Below the pieces are notes generated by a model. It saw nothing but the letters and a program-made list of their open reading frames with translations. It did not search any database and was not told the origin of the DNA. DNA of 64,000 bases from NCBI GenBank assembly GCA_035531715.1, contig DATKSI010000010.1, forward strand, positions 73,615-137,614. The letters run 5' to 3'. Shown here in pieces: positions 56,076-64,000 of the stretch (within the stretch, counting starts at the first letter, position 1; every line of letters starts with the position of its first letter). A program made the translations under genes and the position numbers. This DNA is from Candidatus Micrarchaeaceae archaeon (GTDB lineage Bacteria; Chloroflexota; Dormibacteria; Aeolococcales; Bog-877).

Positions 56076-58113
56076 GCTCGGCCACCGCCGAAGGCGTCAA
56101 CCCCAGGTGCTCGTAGATTGTCTGATAAGGAGCCGAAGCTCCGAAGCGGTTGATCCCCACCACCGAGCCCCGCTCACCGACCCAGCGCCACCAGGGCTGG
56201 TCGACTCCGGCCTCGACCGCGACCCGGGTCGAAACCCCGGGGGGCAGGACCTCCGCCCGGTACTCCAACGGTTGCTGTGCGAACAGCTCCATTGAGGGCA
56301 TGCTGACCACCCGGGTGGGCACTCCCTCAGCCTGCAGCAGCGCCCGGGCGGCAACGCAGATTGAAAGCTCGCTACCAGTACCGATGAGCAGGGCTCGGCA
56401 TTCTTCGCCTTCCTCTGGCTGCAGCACGTAGGCACCGCGGGCGACCCCTTCCGGTGCCAGCTCCCTGCTGCCCGGCAGCACGGGGAGATTCTGCCGGCAA
56501 AGCACCAGCACGGTCGGGGCGGTGCCTCGCTGCAGCGCCGCCGCCCAGGCCCAGCTGGACTCGTTGGCGTCTCCCGGCCGAAGGACTACCAAGTTGGGGA
56601 TCGCCCGCAGGGCAGCCAACTGCTCAACCGGCTGGTGGGTTGGGCCATCTTCGCCCAGACCGATGCTGTCGTGGGTGTACACCCAGGTCACCCCCAAATG
56701 GGAGAGCGCGGAGAGCCGCACCGAGGGGCGCTGGTAGTCGGAGAAGGTGAAGAAGGTGGCGCTGTAGGGGCGCAGACCGCCATGGGCGGCGATGCCATTA
56801 CAGGCGGCTCCCATGGCGTGCTCGCGAACCCCGAAGTGCAGGTTGCGCCCGACCCCAGTGTGGCCGTCGAAGTCACCCCCACCAGGGATGGCGGTCTTGG
56901 TCGACTCGGAGAGGTCGGCGTCACCCCCCAGGATCCAGGGAATGCGCTCGGCGAGCGCAACCAGAGCTTTGCCTCCGGAGACCCGGGTGGCGATCGGGTC
57001 ACTTCCCGCTTCCCAGAACGGCAGCACATCCTCCCAGCCCGCCGGCAGCTCACCGGCCAGGGCGGTCCGCCATTCATAGGCGAGCTGGGGAAACCTCTCG
57101 CTCCAGACGCCGAAGCGATCGTTCCAGGCGTGGCTCAGAGCCGCGCCCTTGGACCGGGCCATCCGAAAGTGGGCCACCGCCTCCTCCGGCTCGAAGAAGG
57201 TGACGGAGGGGTCCCAGCCGTAGGCACGCTTCGCCGCGGCGGCTTCGGCTGCTCCCAGCGGCGAACCGTGGGCGGCGTTGGTGTCCTGCTTGTGGGGAGC
57301 GCCGTACCCGATGTGGGTACGAATGGCGATCAAGGAGGGTCGAAGCTCATCATCGATCGCGGCCTGGATCGCCGAGGCGATGGCCTCCAGACCCAGGGTG
57401 CCGTCCTCCACCCGCTGGACCTGCCAGCCGTACGCGCTGAACCGGGCCTCGACATCCTCCGTGAAAGACAGCGACGTGGGCCCATCCAGGGAGACGTGAT
57501 TGTCGTCGTACAGGCAGATCAATTTTCCCAAACCGAGGTGCCCCGCCAGGGAGGCCGACTCCGAAGCGATCCCCTCCATCAGGTCTCCGTCGCTGCACAA
57601 AACGAAGGTCCGGTGATCGACGATCGCGTGCTGAGGCTGGTTGTAGCGCGCGGCCAGGTGGCGCTCGGCGATCGCCATGCCCACGCCGTTGCCGAATCCC
57701 TGGCCCAGCGGCCCGGTGGTGACCTCCACCCCCGGGGTGACTCCCCGCTCGGGATGACCTGGCGTGCGAGATCCCCACTGCCTAAACTGCTGCAACTGCT
57801 CCAGCGGAAGGTCGTAGCCAGTGAGGTGGAGCAGAGCGTAGAGGAGCATCGAGCCATGCCCGGCGGAGAGAACGAAGCGATCTCGGTCGGGCCAGTGCGG
57901 GTCGTTGGGGTCATGACGGAGGAATCGGGTCCAGAGCACGTAGGCTGCCGGCGCCATCCCCATCGGCAGCCCGGGATGTCCCGAGTTGGCCTTCTCAACC
58001 CCATCGATGGCCAGGGTCCGGATGGTGTTGATGCAGAGGTCGTCCAGTGGGCTCCCAGCCCGAGGCAGCACCGAACCGGCGCTCACCGGTCGCTCCTGGA
58101 GATCACTTGCCAT
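56029..58113 (-). CDS. tkt: Transketolase
   Basis: 694 aa. [32 protein letters not shown]-type TPP motif, and [16 protein letters not shown]. Confidence 0.97.
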   Translation of the reverse strand: MASDLQERPVSAGSVLPRAGSPLDDLCINTIRTLAIDGVEKANSGHPGLPMGMAPAAYVLWTRFLRHDPNDPHWPDRDRFVLSAGHGSMLLYALLHLTGYDLPLEQLQQFRQWGSRTPGHPERGVTPGVEVTTGPLGQGFGNGVGMAIAERHLAARYNQPQHAIVDHRTFVLCSDGDLMEGIASESASLAGHLGLGKLICLYDDNHVSLDGPTSLSFTEDVEARFSAYGWQVQRVEDGTLGLEAIASAIQAAIDDELRPSLIAIRTHIGYGAPHKQDTNAAHGSPLGAAEAAAAKRAYGWDPSVTFFEPEEAVAHFRMARSKGAALSHAWNDRFGVWSERFPQLAYEWRTALAGELPAGWEDVLPFWEAGSDPIATRVSGGKALVALAERIPWILGGDADLSESTKTAIPGGGDFDGHTGVGRNLHFGVREHAMGAACNGIAAHGGLRPYSATFFTFSDYQRPSVRLSALSHLGVTWVYTHDSIGLGEDGPTHQPVEQLAALRAIPNLVVLRPGDANESSWAWAAALQRGTAPTVLVLCRQNLPVLPGSRELAPEGVARGAYVLQPEEGEECRALLIGTGSELSICVAARALLQAEGVPTRVVSMPSMELFAQQPLEYRAEVLPPGVSTRVAVEAGVDQPWWRWVGERGSVVGINRFGASAPYQTIYEHLGLTPSAVAERVRHLLADSGGGKSG

Positions 58114-58205
58114 CTACTCCAATGCTCTCACCTACGACCTCGCCGCGCGATGGGGAAGGTCGGCTTCGAAGCAACCCATCTCGAGCGAGGGGCAAGCCCG
58201 GTGGC

Positions 58206-58565
58206 CTAGCGGCGCGGACTCGGGACGCTGTCGTCGGATCCGACGACGGTCGGAAAGCCGTGGGCGTTCCACTCGCTCATCCCCCCGATCATCGAGGTCG
58301 CCACCAGCCCTTTCTCCCGGAGAAACTTGGTGGCCCGGAAGCTTCGGGTTCCGGCAGCGCACTGCACCACCAGAGTTCCCTCGCGAGGCAGCTCGCGCCA
58401 ACGCCGGCTGAGCTCGGCAATCGGAATCCAGAGGGAGCCAGCGATGCGCCGCCCGTCGCGCTCCTGCTTCTCCCGCACGTCCAGGACTGGCGCGCCCCCC
58501 TCGATCAGATTGCGAGCGCTGTCCACCTGCAACTCCAGCGCGACCGGGGCGACCACTTGATTCAA
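58206..58565 (-). CDS. Single-domain rhodanese-like sulfurtransferase
   Basis: VLDVREKQE..GRIAGSLWIP, active-site loop CAAGTRS, and GGMSEW. I chose the TTG at 58565 (AGGTG 7 nt upstream); the track ORF extends to 58736. Confidence 0.75.
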   Translation of the reverse strand: MNQVVAPVALELQVDSARNLIEGGAPVLDVREKQERDGRRIAGSLWIPIAELSRRWRELPREGTLVVQCAAGTRSFRATKFLREKGLVATSMIGGMSEWNAHGFPTVVGSDDSVPSPRR

Positions 58566-58771
58566 GTATGCACCTAGGCCTCGCCCAGATTTCGGCGACT
58601 TCGAGCGAGGCCGCCAGTGAGCGAGCGCCTTGGCATTCAGCCAGCGATCGGAACCAACGGCCCCTTCCCAACCGGGAACTGGTTCCGTATCCTGGGCCGG
58701 TACCGCACTTGGACCGGGAACCGGGGGATGCGACACCGGCCCGGTGGAGATGAGTCAGGGAGGGATCACCG

Positions 58772-60673
58772 GTGGCTACTGGCATTAGGGACGCAGAGGC
58801 CTCGGACCGCAAGCTCGACCGGCGGATGACAGTTTGGCAGCTGTTCTTCATCTCGATGGGAGGGATCATCGGCTCGGGCTGGCTGTTCGCCTCCTTGGCG
58901 GCGGCTTCCATCGCCGGGCCGGCCGCGATCGTCTCCTGGATCATCGGGGGTGTGCTGGTCCTCCTGGTCGCCCTGAATTACGCCGAGGTCGCGGGGATGC
59001 TGCCCCGTTCGGGAGCGATCGTGAGGTATCCGCACATGACCCACGGCGGGTACACCGGATTCATCCTCGGCTGGACCTATCTACTCTCCGCCGTCAGTGT
59101 TCCGGCGATCGAGGCCGAGGCGGTGGTGACCTACGCCAGTACCTACATCAACGGCATCATTGACCCCAAGACCTCGGAGCTGACTTGGCCAGCAGGGATT
59201 TTGTTTGGGATCGGGCTGATGGTGCTCTTTTTCATCATCAACTACGTCGGCATCAAGTTCCTCAGCCAGTTCAACAGTTTCGTGACTGGCTGGAAGTTCC
59301 TGATCCCCGGCATCACGGTCATCCTCCTGCTGGTGCTGGACCTCCACACCAAGAACTTTGGCGGCTACGCGGGGGGATTTGCTCCACTGGGCTGGTCGCC
59401 AGTCCTGAGCGCGGTCGCGACCTCGGGTATCGTCTTCTCCTACCTGGGCTTCCGCCAGGCTCTCGACTTTGGTGGCGAGGCGCGGAATCCGCAACGGGAC
59501 GTGCCCATCGCCACCATCGCCTCGGTACTGGCCGGCATGGCGATATACGTCCTGCTCCAGGTGGCCTTCATCGGCGCCATCAAATGGGGCGCTTTCGGCA
59601 TCCACGCCGGCGATTGGTCGCTGCTCAAAGCCGCCGGCAGCGCCGCCAAGGACGCCCCGTTCTACGTCGCCCTCAAGGCGGCGGGACCAGCTCTGCTGGG
59701 CGGGTTCGCCACGGTTCTGCTGATCGACGCATTCGTCTCGCCGACCGGCACCGGTTACATCTATCTGGGCACCTCGGCGCGGACCGTTTACGGCCTGTCG
59801 GTCGTCGGCTACCTGCCCAAGATGTTTCAGTCGATCGTCGCTCGGTTCCGGATCCCGTGGATTGCCCTGATCGCATCCACCGTGGTCGGCTGCCTCTTCT
59901 TCCTGCCTCTGCCCAGCTGGTATGAATTGGTGGGAATCATCACCTCGGCAACCGTGCTGACCTACATCATGGGCGGGATCGGGGTGCATGTTCTACGCCG
60001 CACGGCCGGCTCCCTGTACCGTCCCTTCCGACTGCCGGCAGCGGACCTGATTGGCCCCGCGGGGTTCGTCGGAGCCCTGATGATCGTCTACTGGTCGGGG
60101 TTCCCCACCCTCGCCATCGTCTTCGCCGCAGTTTTCATCGCGCTGCCCATCTTCGTCTGGTTCTACGCGCCCAACAAGGGATGGATCAATCCCGTCTCAG
60201 GCGGCCTCCTCGGACTGGTCTTCACGATCCTGTGGATCATCGTCCAGCGCTGGGGCCAGTGGGCTTTGGTGGCGGTGCCGACCGCGGTTCCCCATCCGGC
60301 TTTCCCCGTCTTCTACTTCACCATAATTCTCTTGGTGTGTGGCTTCACCGGTGCCCTCTACTATCTCTGCAACGAGGAGGGCCGCAAGGCGGTGGGCAGC
60401 ACCTGGTGGCTGATCTATTTTCTCCTGGCGATCTTCGGTATTTCCTACTACGGGGCCTACGGACCGCTGAAGACGCCGGGGATCCCCTTCCCGGGCGACC
60501 TGCTGGTGGTGATCATGGTCGGACTGACCGCCTACGGGTGGGCGATCCGAAGCGGGTATGAGACCGAGGATATCCAGGCCATCGTGGCATCGGGTAGTGG
60601 GTTGGTGGGCGGGGAGCCAAGTGAGTCCCCGGTGACACCACCGGCCAGCGCACCCCCGGGATTTGGCCACTGA
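58772..60673 (+). CDS. APC-superfamily amino acid/polyamine permease
   Basis: 633 aa. Begins with the typical LFFISMGGIIGSGWLF segment, followed by about 12-14 TM helices. Confidence 0.85.
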   Translation: MATGIRDAEASDRKLDRRMTVWQLFFISMGGIIGSGWLFASLAAASIAGPAAIVSWIIGGVLVLLVALNYAEVAGMLPRSGAIVRYPHMTHGGYTGFILGWTYLLSAVSVPAIEAEAVVTYASTYINGIIDPKTSELTWPAGILFGIGLMVLFFIINYVGIKFLSQFNSFVTGWKFLIPGITVILLLVLDLHTKNFGGYAGGFAPLGWSPVLSAVATSGIVFSYLGFRQALDFGGEARNPQRDVPIATIASVLAGMAIYVLLQVAFIGAIKWGAFGIHAGDWSLLKAAGSAAKDAPFYVALKAAGPALLGGFATVLLIDAFVSPTGTGYIYLGTSARTVYGLSVVGYLPKMFQSIVARFRIPWIALIASTVVGCLFFLPLPSWYELVGIITSATVLTYIMGGIGVHVLRRTAGSLYRPFRLPAADLIGPAGFVGALMIVYWSGFPTLAIVFAAVFIALPIFVWFYAPNKGWINPVSGGLLGLVFTILWIIVQRWGQWALVAVPTAVPHPAFPVFYFTIILLVCGFTGALYYLCNEEGRKAVGSTWWLIYFLLAIFGISYYGAYGPLKTPGIPFPGDLLVVIMVGLTAYGWAIRSGYETEDIQAIVASGSGLVGGEPSESPVTPPASAPPGFGH

Positions 60674-60714
60674 TCACGGCGTAGGTGGTCGGCCCCTTCG
60701 TCAGGACCAAAGAA

Positions 60715-60744
60715 GGGCCCAGCCGGGATCTCCCGGCTGGGCCC
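60715..60744 (+). terminator. Strong hairpin GGGCCCAGCCGGGA-TC-TCCCGGCTGGGCCC followed by TTAAATT
   Basis: Perfect 14-nt inverted repeat 42 nt after the permease stop, followed by an A/T-rich run. Confidence 0.7.
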
Positions 60745-60839
60745 TTAAATTGTGGGGCGCGTCAGTTTACCAGGCGCCCCCCGCGCAGTCCCGGAAAGCA
60801 CCGGCCGACTCCGCGCCACGAAGAGGAGGGTGAGCGCGG

Positions 60840-62345
60840 ATGACCGACTCCGACCCCACCTCTGGAACACCGCCCGAACTGGTGGTCCGGGGGTGGCGAA
60901 AGCTGCTGGTCGAACCCCGGCGGCCAGCCAGAATCTCCTCGAATCCAAATGCCCACTGGTTGGTGGTGGCGACCGTCTGCATCGGGGCCTTCATGGGCCA
61001 ACTGGATTCCAGCATCGTGGTCATCGCGCTGCCCACGATGCAGACATATTTTCACAGCAATCTCGGGTCGGTGGAGTGGGTTTCGCTGGCCTACCTGCTG
61101 ACCCTGATCGCTTTGGTGACGGCGGTCGGGCGGTTTTCCGACATGGTCGGCCGGAAGCTGCTCTACATCTACGGATTCGGAATTTTCATCCTCGGCAGCG
61201 GACTCTCCGGCTTGGCTCCCAACCTGATCAGCCTGGACCTGTTCAGAATCGTGCAGGGACTGGGCGCCGCCATGCTGCAGGCCAACAGCGTGGCGCTGAT
61301 CGTCCAGGCGATGCCCCGCGAGAAGCTGGGCCGCGGGATCGGGGTCCAGGGAGCGGCCCAAGCTCTCGGGTTATGCCTGGGCCCAGGCGTCGGGGGTCTG
61401 CTGCTGGTCCTGGGAGGCTGGCGGCTGCTCTTTTTGGTCAACATCCCCGCCGGGCTGATCGGATTCAGCCTCGGCTGGTTCCTGCTCCCGCGCAGCCTTT
61501 TTCTGGTCAAGCGCGAGCCGATCGACTGGCGCGGACTTGCGCTGTTCGTCGTCGCGGTCACCAGCCTGCTCCTGGCAATGTCCTTGGGCGATCAGGTGGG
61601 TTGGACCTCCACCTTCGTCTTGGTCAGCTTCCTGCTGAGCCTGTTGTTTGGCTTGGCCTTCATCGCCTGGGAGCGGCGAGCCCTCGCGCCGATGATGCCG
61701 CTGCCGGTATTTCGTCGGCCGACCTTCAGTTTCGGCATCGCGAGCGGGCTACTCTCCTACTTGGCGCTCTTCGGCTCCCTCTTTGTTTTCCCGTTTTACC
61801 TGCAGTTCGCCGGCCATATGAGCCCGGGCGCAGCCGGGCTGCGACTCCTCCTCCTGCCGCTCGCCCTGGGCGTGACCGCGCCCCTGGCAGGGGTACTGGC
61901 CGACCGGTGGGGAGCCAGGCCGCTCACCGTGGGCGGCATGGCGCTCACCGCGATTGCGCTGCTGGCGGTCGCGCTTCACCCGTCGACAGGCTGGTTGCTG
62001 GTGGTGGAGTTGGTTGCCCTGGGAGCCGGGCTCGGAGCCTTCACCCCACCCAACAACGCCTCCATCATGAGTGCCGTGCCGCGGGAACAGTCCGGAATAG
62101 CCAGCGGCATTCTCAACATGACCAGGGGAATGGGCACGGCTATGGGCGTGGCCCTGACCGGGCTGATCTTCGGGCTCGCGGCGGGAATCTCCACCGCCCA
62201 CGCCCACTCGCCGGCCTTGGCCGCGGCGGGACTGGTGGCAGCGGCGCTCTTCCTGGCTGCAGTCGCGGTCGCGGCGGCTGTCTTCGCCGCAGTTCGAGGC
62301 GAGGGCCGCTTGAGCGACACCCCAGTCCCGTTGAGTGAACTCTGA
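60840..62345 (+). CDS. MFS transporter, DHA2 (EmrB/QacA-like, 14-TM) family
   Basis: 501 aa. GRFSDMVGRK (motif A-like) and about 14 hydrophobic helices. Confidence 0.85.
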   Translation: MTDSDPTSGTPPELVVRGWRKLLVEPRRPARISSNPNAHWLVVATVCIGAFMGQLDSSIVVIALPTMQTYFHSNLGSVEWVSLAYLLTLIALVTAVGRFSDMVGRKLLYIYGFGIFILGSGLSGLAPNLISLDLFRIVQGLGAAMLQANSVALIVQAMPREKLGRGIGVQGAAQALGLCLGPGVGGLLLVLGGWRLLFLVNIPAGLIGFSLGWFLLPRSLFLVKREPIDWRGLALFVVAVTSLLLAMSLGDQVGWTSTFVLVSFLLSLLFGLAFIAWERRALAPMMPLPVFRRPTFSFGIASGLLSYLALFGSLFVFPFYLQFAGHMSPGAAGLRLLLLPLALGVTAPLAGVLADRWGARPLTVGGMALTAIALLAVALHPSTGWLLVVELVALGAGLGAFTPPNNASIMSAVPREQSGIASGILNMTRGMGTAMGVALTGLIFGLAAGISTAHAHSPALAAAGLVAAALFLAAVAVAAAVFAAVRGEGRLSDTPVPLSEL

Positions 62346-62887
62346 TCGTCTGAGCCGGCAGGCCTTCCTCCAGCTCGGAGGAGCACACCCCGGCTGCAGT
62401 TCGCCTGGTTCCCGGCTGCGCCCTTGTTCTGGAAAGTGGGGTCCACCGCAACCTCGCGAAAGGTCCACCCGCACCCTTCGACCGGGTGTCAGACCGCACC
62501 CGTGCCCCCTTGCGCGATGCAGCGGTATCGAATTGGCAGCGAGCTCCCGGTGCGAAGGTTGGCGGCCCGCTGAGAACGCGCCGCAAAGTCCCCCCTCCCA
62601 ATTGGAGAAGCACCATCGCCGGCTCCGGGCGACTGCTTGGCCGGGTGCGAGTTGGACGCTGACCGAGGCAGGCTCGTCAACGCTCTCCGCCCACCGTAGC
62701 GGGAGGCGATTTGCTACACCGGCTCGGGCAAATCCCGCTCACCCGGCTCGAGGCCCGACCGCGCCTAATCCGGTCGCACGGGCCACCGACGGCGATGCGG
62801 CTTGACAGACCGACCGAGATGAGGTCTACCCTACCGCCAGTCGAAACTCGCCGAAGCAGCAACTGGGACGTCCTTAGGAGGCGGTCG

Positions 62888-64000
62888 ATGGCTGAAGGTG
62901 TCCTGACCGCGATCTCCCCGACCGCCGCCGCCAATCCGTACGTGACCGCGCAGCGGCAGTTCGACCAAGCTGCGAGCATCCTGGGGCTCGATCAAGGGCT
63001 GCGCCAGGTGCTCCGGGAGGTCCGGCGGGAATTGACCGTCAACTTCCCGGTCCGGATGGACGACGGCAGCATCCGGATCTTCACCGGCTATCGGGTGCAA
63101 CACAACCTCACTCGGGGTCCCGCCAAGGGCGGCATCCGGTATCACCCCCAGGTAAGCCTGGACGAGGTCAAGGCCCTGGCGATGTGGATGAGCTGGAAAT
63201 GCGCGGTCACCAATCTCCCCTACGGCGGGGCCAAGGGAGGGGTGATCTGCGATCCGGCCACGCTCAGCCTCCACGAGTTGGAGAATCTGACCCGACGGTT
63301 CGCCAGCGAAATTTCAATCCTGATTGGGCCGGAGTCCGACATTCCGGCCCCGGACGTGAACACCAATCAGCAGACCATGGCCTGGATCATGGATACCATC
63401 TCCATGGAGAAGGGCTACTCGATTCCGGCCACGGTGACCGGCAAGCCGCTGTCGATCGGGGGCTCGGAGGGACGTCCGGCGGCGACTGGCCGGGGCGTCA
63501 TGGTGGTGACCCTGGAGGCCTGTCGCAGGATGGGAATCGATCCCGCCCAGTCCACGGTCGCGATTCAGGGGTTCGGCAACGTGGGCAGCGTCAGCGCCCA
63601 ACTGCTCGATGAGCAGGGCTTCAGAGTGGTCGCCGTGTCAGATGTCTTTGGCGGCATCCACAACCCCCAGGGACTGGACATCCCCGCCCTGCTGGAGTAC
63701 GTGCGGGTCAATGGGACGCTATCCGGATTTCCCGGGGCCACCGGGACGATCAGCAATGCCGACCTCCTGGAGTTACCCGTGACCATCCTCATCCCCGCCG
63801 CCCTGGAAAACCAGTTGACCATGAGTAACGCCGCCCGGGTCCAGGCTCGGGTGGTGGTGGAGGCCGCCAATGGCCCCACGACGCCCGAGGCCGACGACAT
63901 CTTCCATCAGCGCGGAGTGACCCTGGTTCCGGACATCCTGGCCAACGCTGGGGGGGTCACCGTCTCGTATTTCGAGTGGGTTCAGGACCTGCAGTCCTTT
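62888..64000 (+). CDS. gdhA: Glu/Leu/Phe/Val-family dehydrogenase, most likely glutamate dehydrogenase (5' partial, runs off the window)
   Basis: Not in the ORF track because there is no stop inside the window. AGGAGG lies 6 nt before the ATG at 62888. Hand translation gives [12 protein letters not shown]...[48 protein letters not shown]. The frame stays open to 64000. Confidence 0.9.
   Translation, partial: MAEGVLTAISPTAAANPYVTAQRQFDQAASILGLDQGLRQVLREVRRELTVNFPVRMDDGSIRIFTGYRVQHNLTRGPAKGGIRYHPQVSLDEVKALAMWMSWKCAVTNLPYGGAKGGVICDPATLSLHELENLTRRFASEISILIGPESDIPAPDVNTNQQTMAWIMDTISMEKGYSIPATVTGKPLSIGGSEGRPAATGRGVMVVTLEACRRMGIDPAQSTVAIQGFGNVGSVSAQLLDEQGFRVVAVSDVFGGIHNPQGLDIPALLEYVRVNGTLSGFPGATGTISNADLLELPVTILIPAALENQLTMSNAARVQARVVVEAANGPTTPEADDIFHQRGVTLVPDILANAGGVTVSYFEWVQDLQSF

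Noticed and set aside
58132-58944. 270-aa minus-strand ORF overlapping the rhodanese gene and the permease start.
   Set aside because: A different frame from the ORF that carries the rhodanese active-site loop CAAGTRS, and the translation is Arg/Ala/Ser/Pro-rich.
1-64000. CRISPR arrays, IS elements or transposases, integrases, prophage genes, toxin-antitoxin pairs, and known defence systems.
   Set aside because: No regularly spaced direct repeats, terminal inverted repeats or DDE/tyrosine-recombinase-like ORFs were seen. The only PIN domain is the conserved housekeeping YacL.

Overview
Very GC-rich 64 kb window (roughly two-thirds G+C by eye, not computed). It is almost entirely a core housekeeping region of a Terrabacteria-type genome, with Actinomycetota/Chloroflexota-like gene content and F420-related and Firmicute-like synteny blocks. 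About 85 percent of the genes lie on the minus strand, in long and tightly packed operons.

Recognisable blocks, left to right:
- a tRNA-Thr locus with an att-like scar
- clpC-yacL-ispD-ispF-cysS-rlmB
- a GT87-like membrane protein and rpsA
- ftsH-DUF2520-panB-panC-nadB-nadC, preceded by tRNA-fMet and tRNA-Met
- rpsU-ybeY-pth-mfd-mazG-ftsB
- rsmE and a galT-like gene
- lepA-hemW and hrcA-grpE-dnaJ-hsp20, with a perfect CIRCE operator and no dnaK
- a decayed RibD_C-type reductase gene
- an orphan chlD-chlI chelatase ATPase pair with an unknown upstream gene, next to an F420 reductase
- a 2-oxoacid dehydrogenase operon (E1a-E1b-E2-E3)
- two unknown helical proteins
- tkt-tal/pgi fusion-pgl-rpe
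- a rhodanese, an APC permease, an MFS exporter, and the 5' part of gdhA running off the right edge

I found no CRISPR array, transposase, integrase, phage gene or recognisable defence system.

The most interesting points are modest:
- rpsU is absent from the ORF track and appears to start at CTG.
- A 42-nt duplication of the tRNA-Thr 3' half brackets a gene-poor 2 kb segment.
- An in-frame TAG splits a reductase gene.
- The heat-shock operon lacks dnaK.
- The orphan chelatase module has no large subunit nearby.
- A pair of uncharacterised proteins is fused onto the pentose-phosphate operon.

All calls rest on hand translation and motif recognition. No searches were run.
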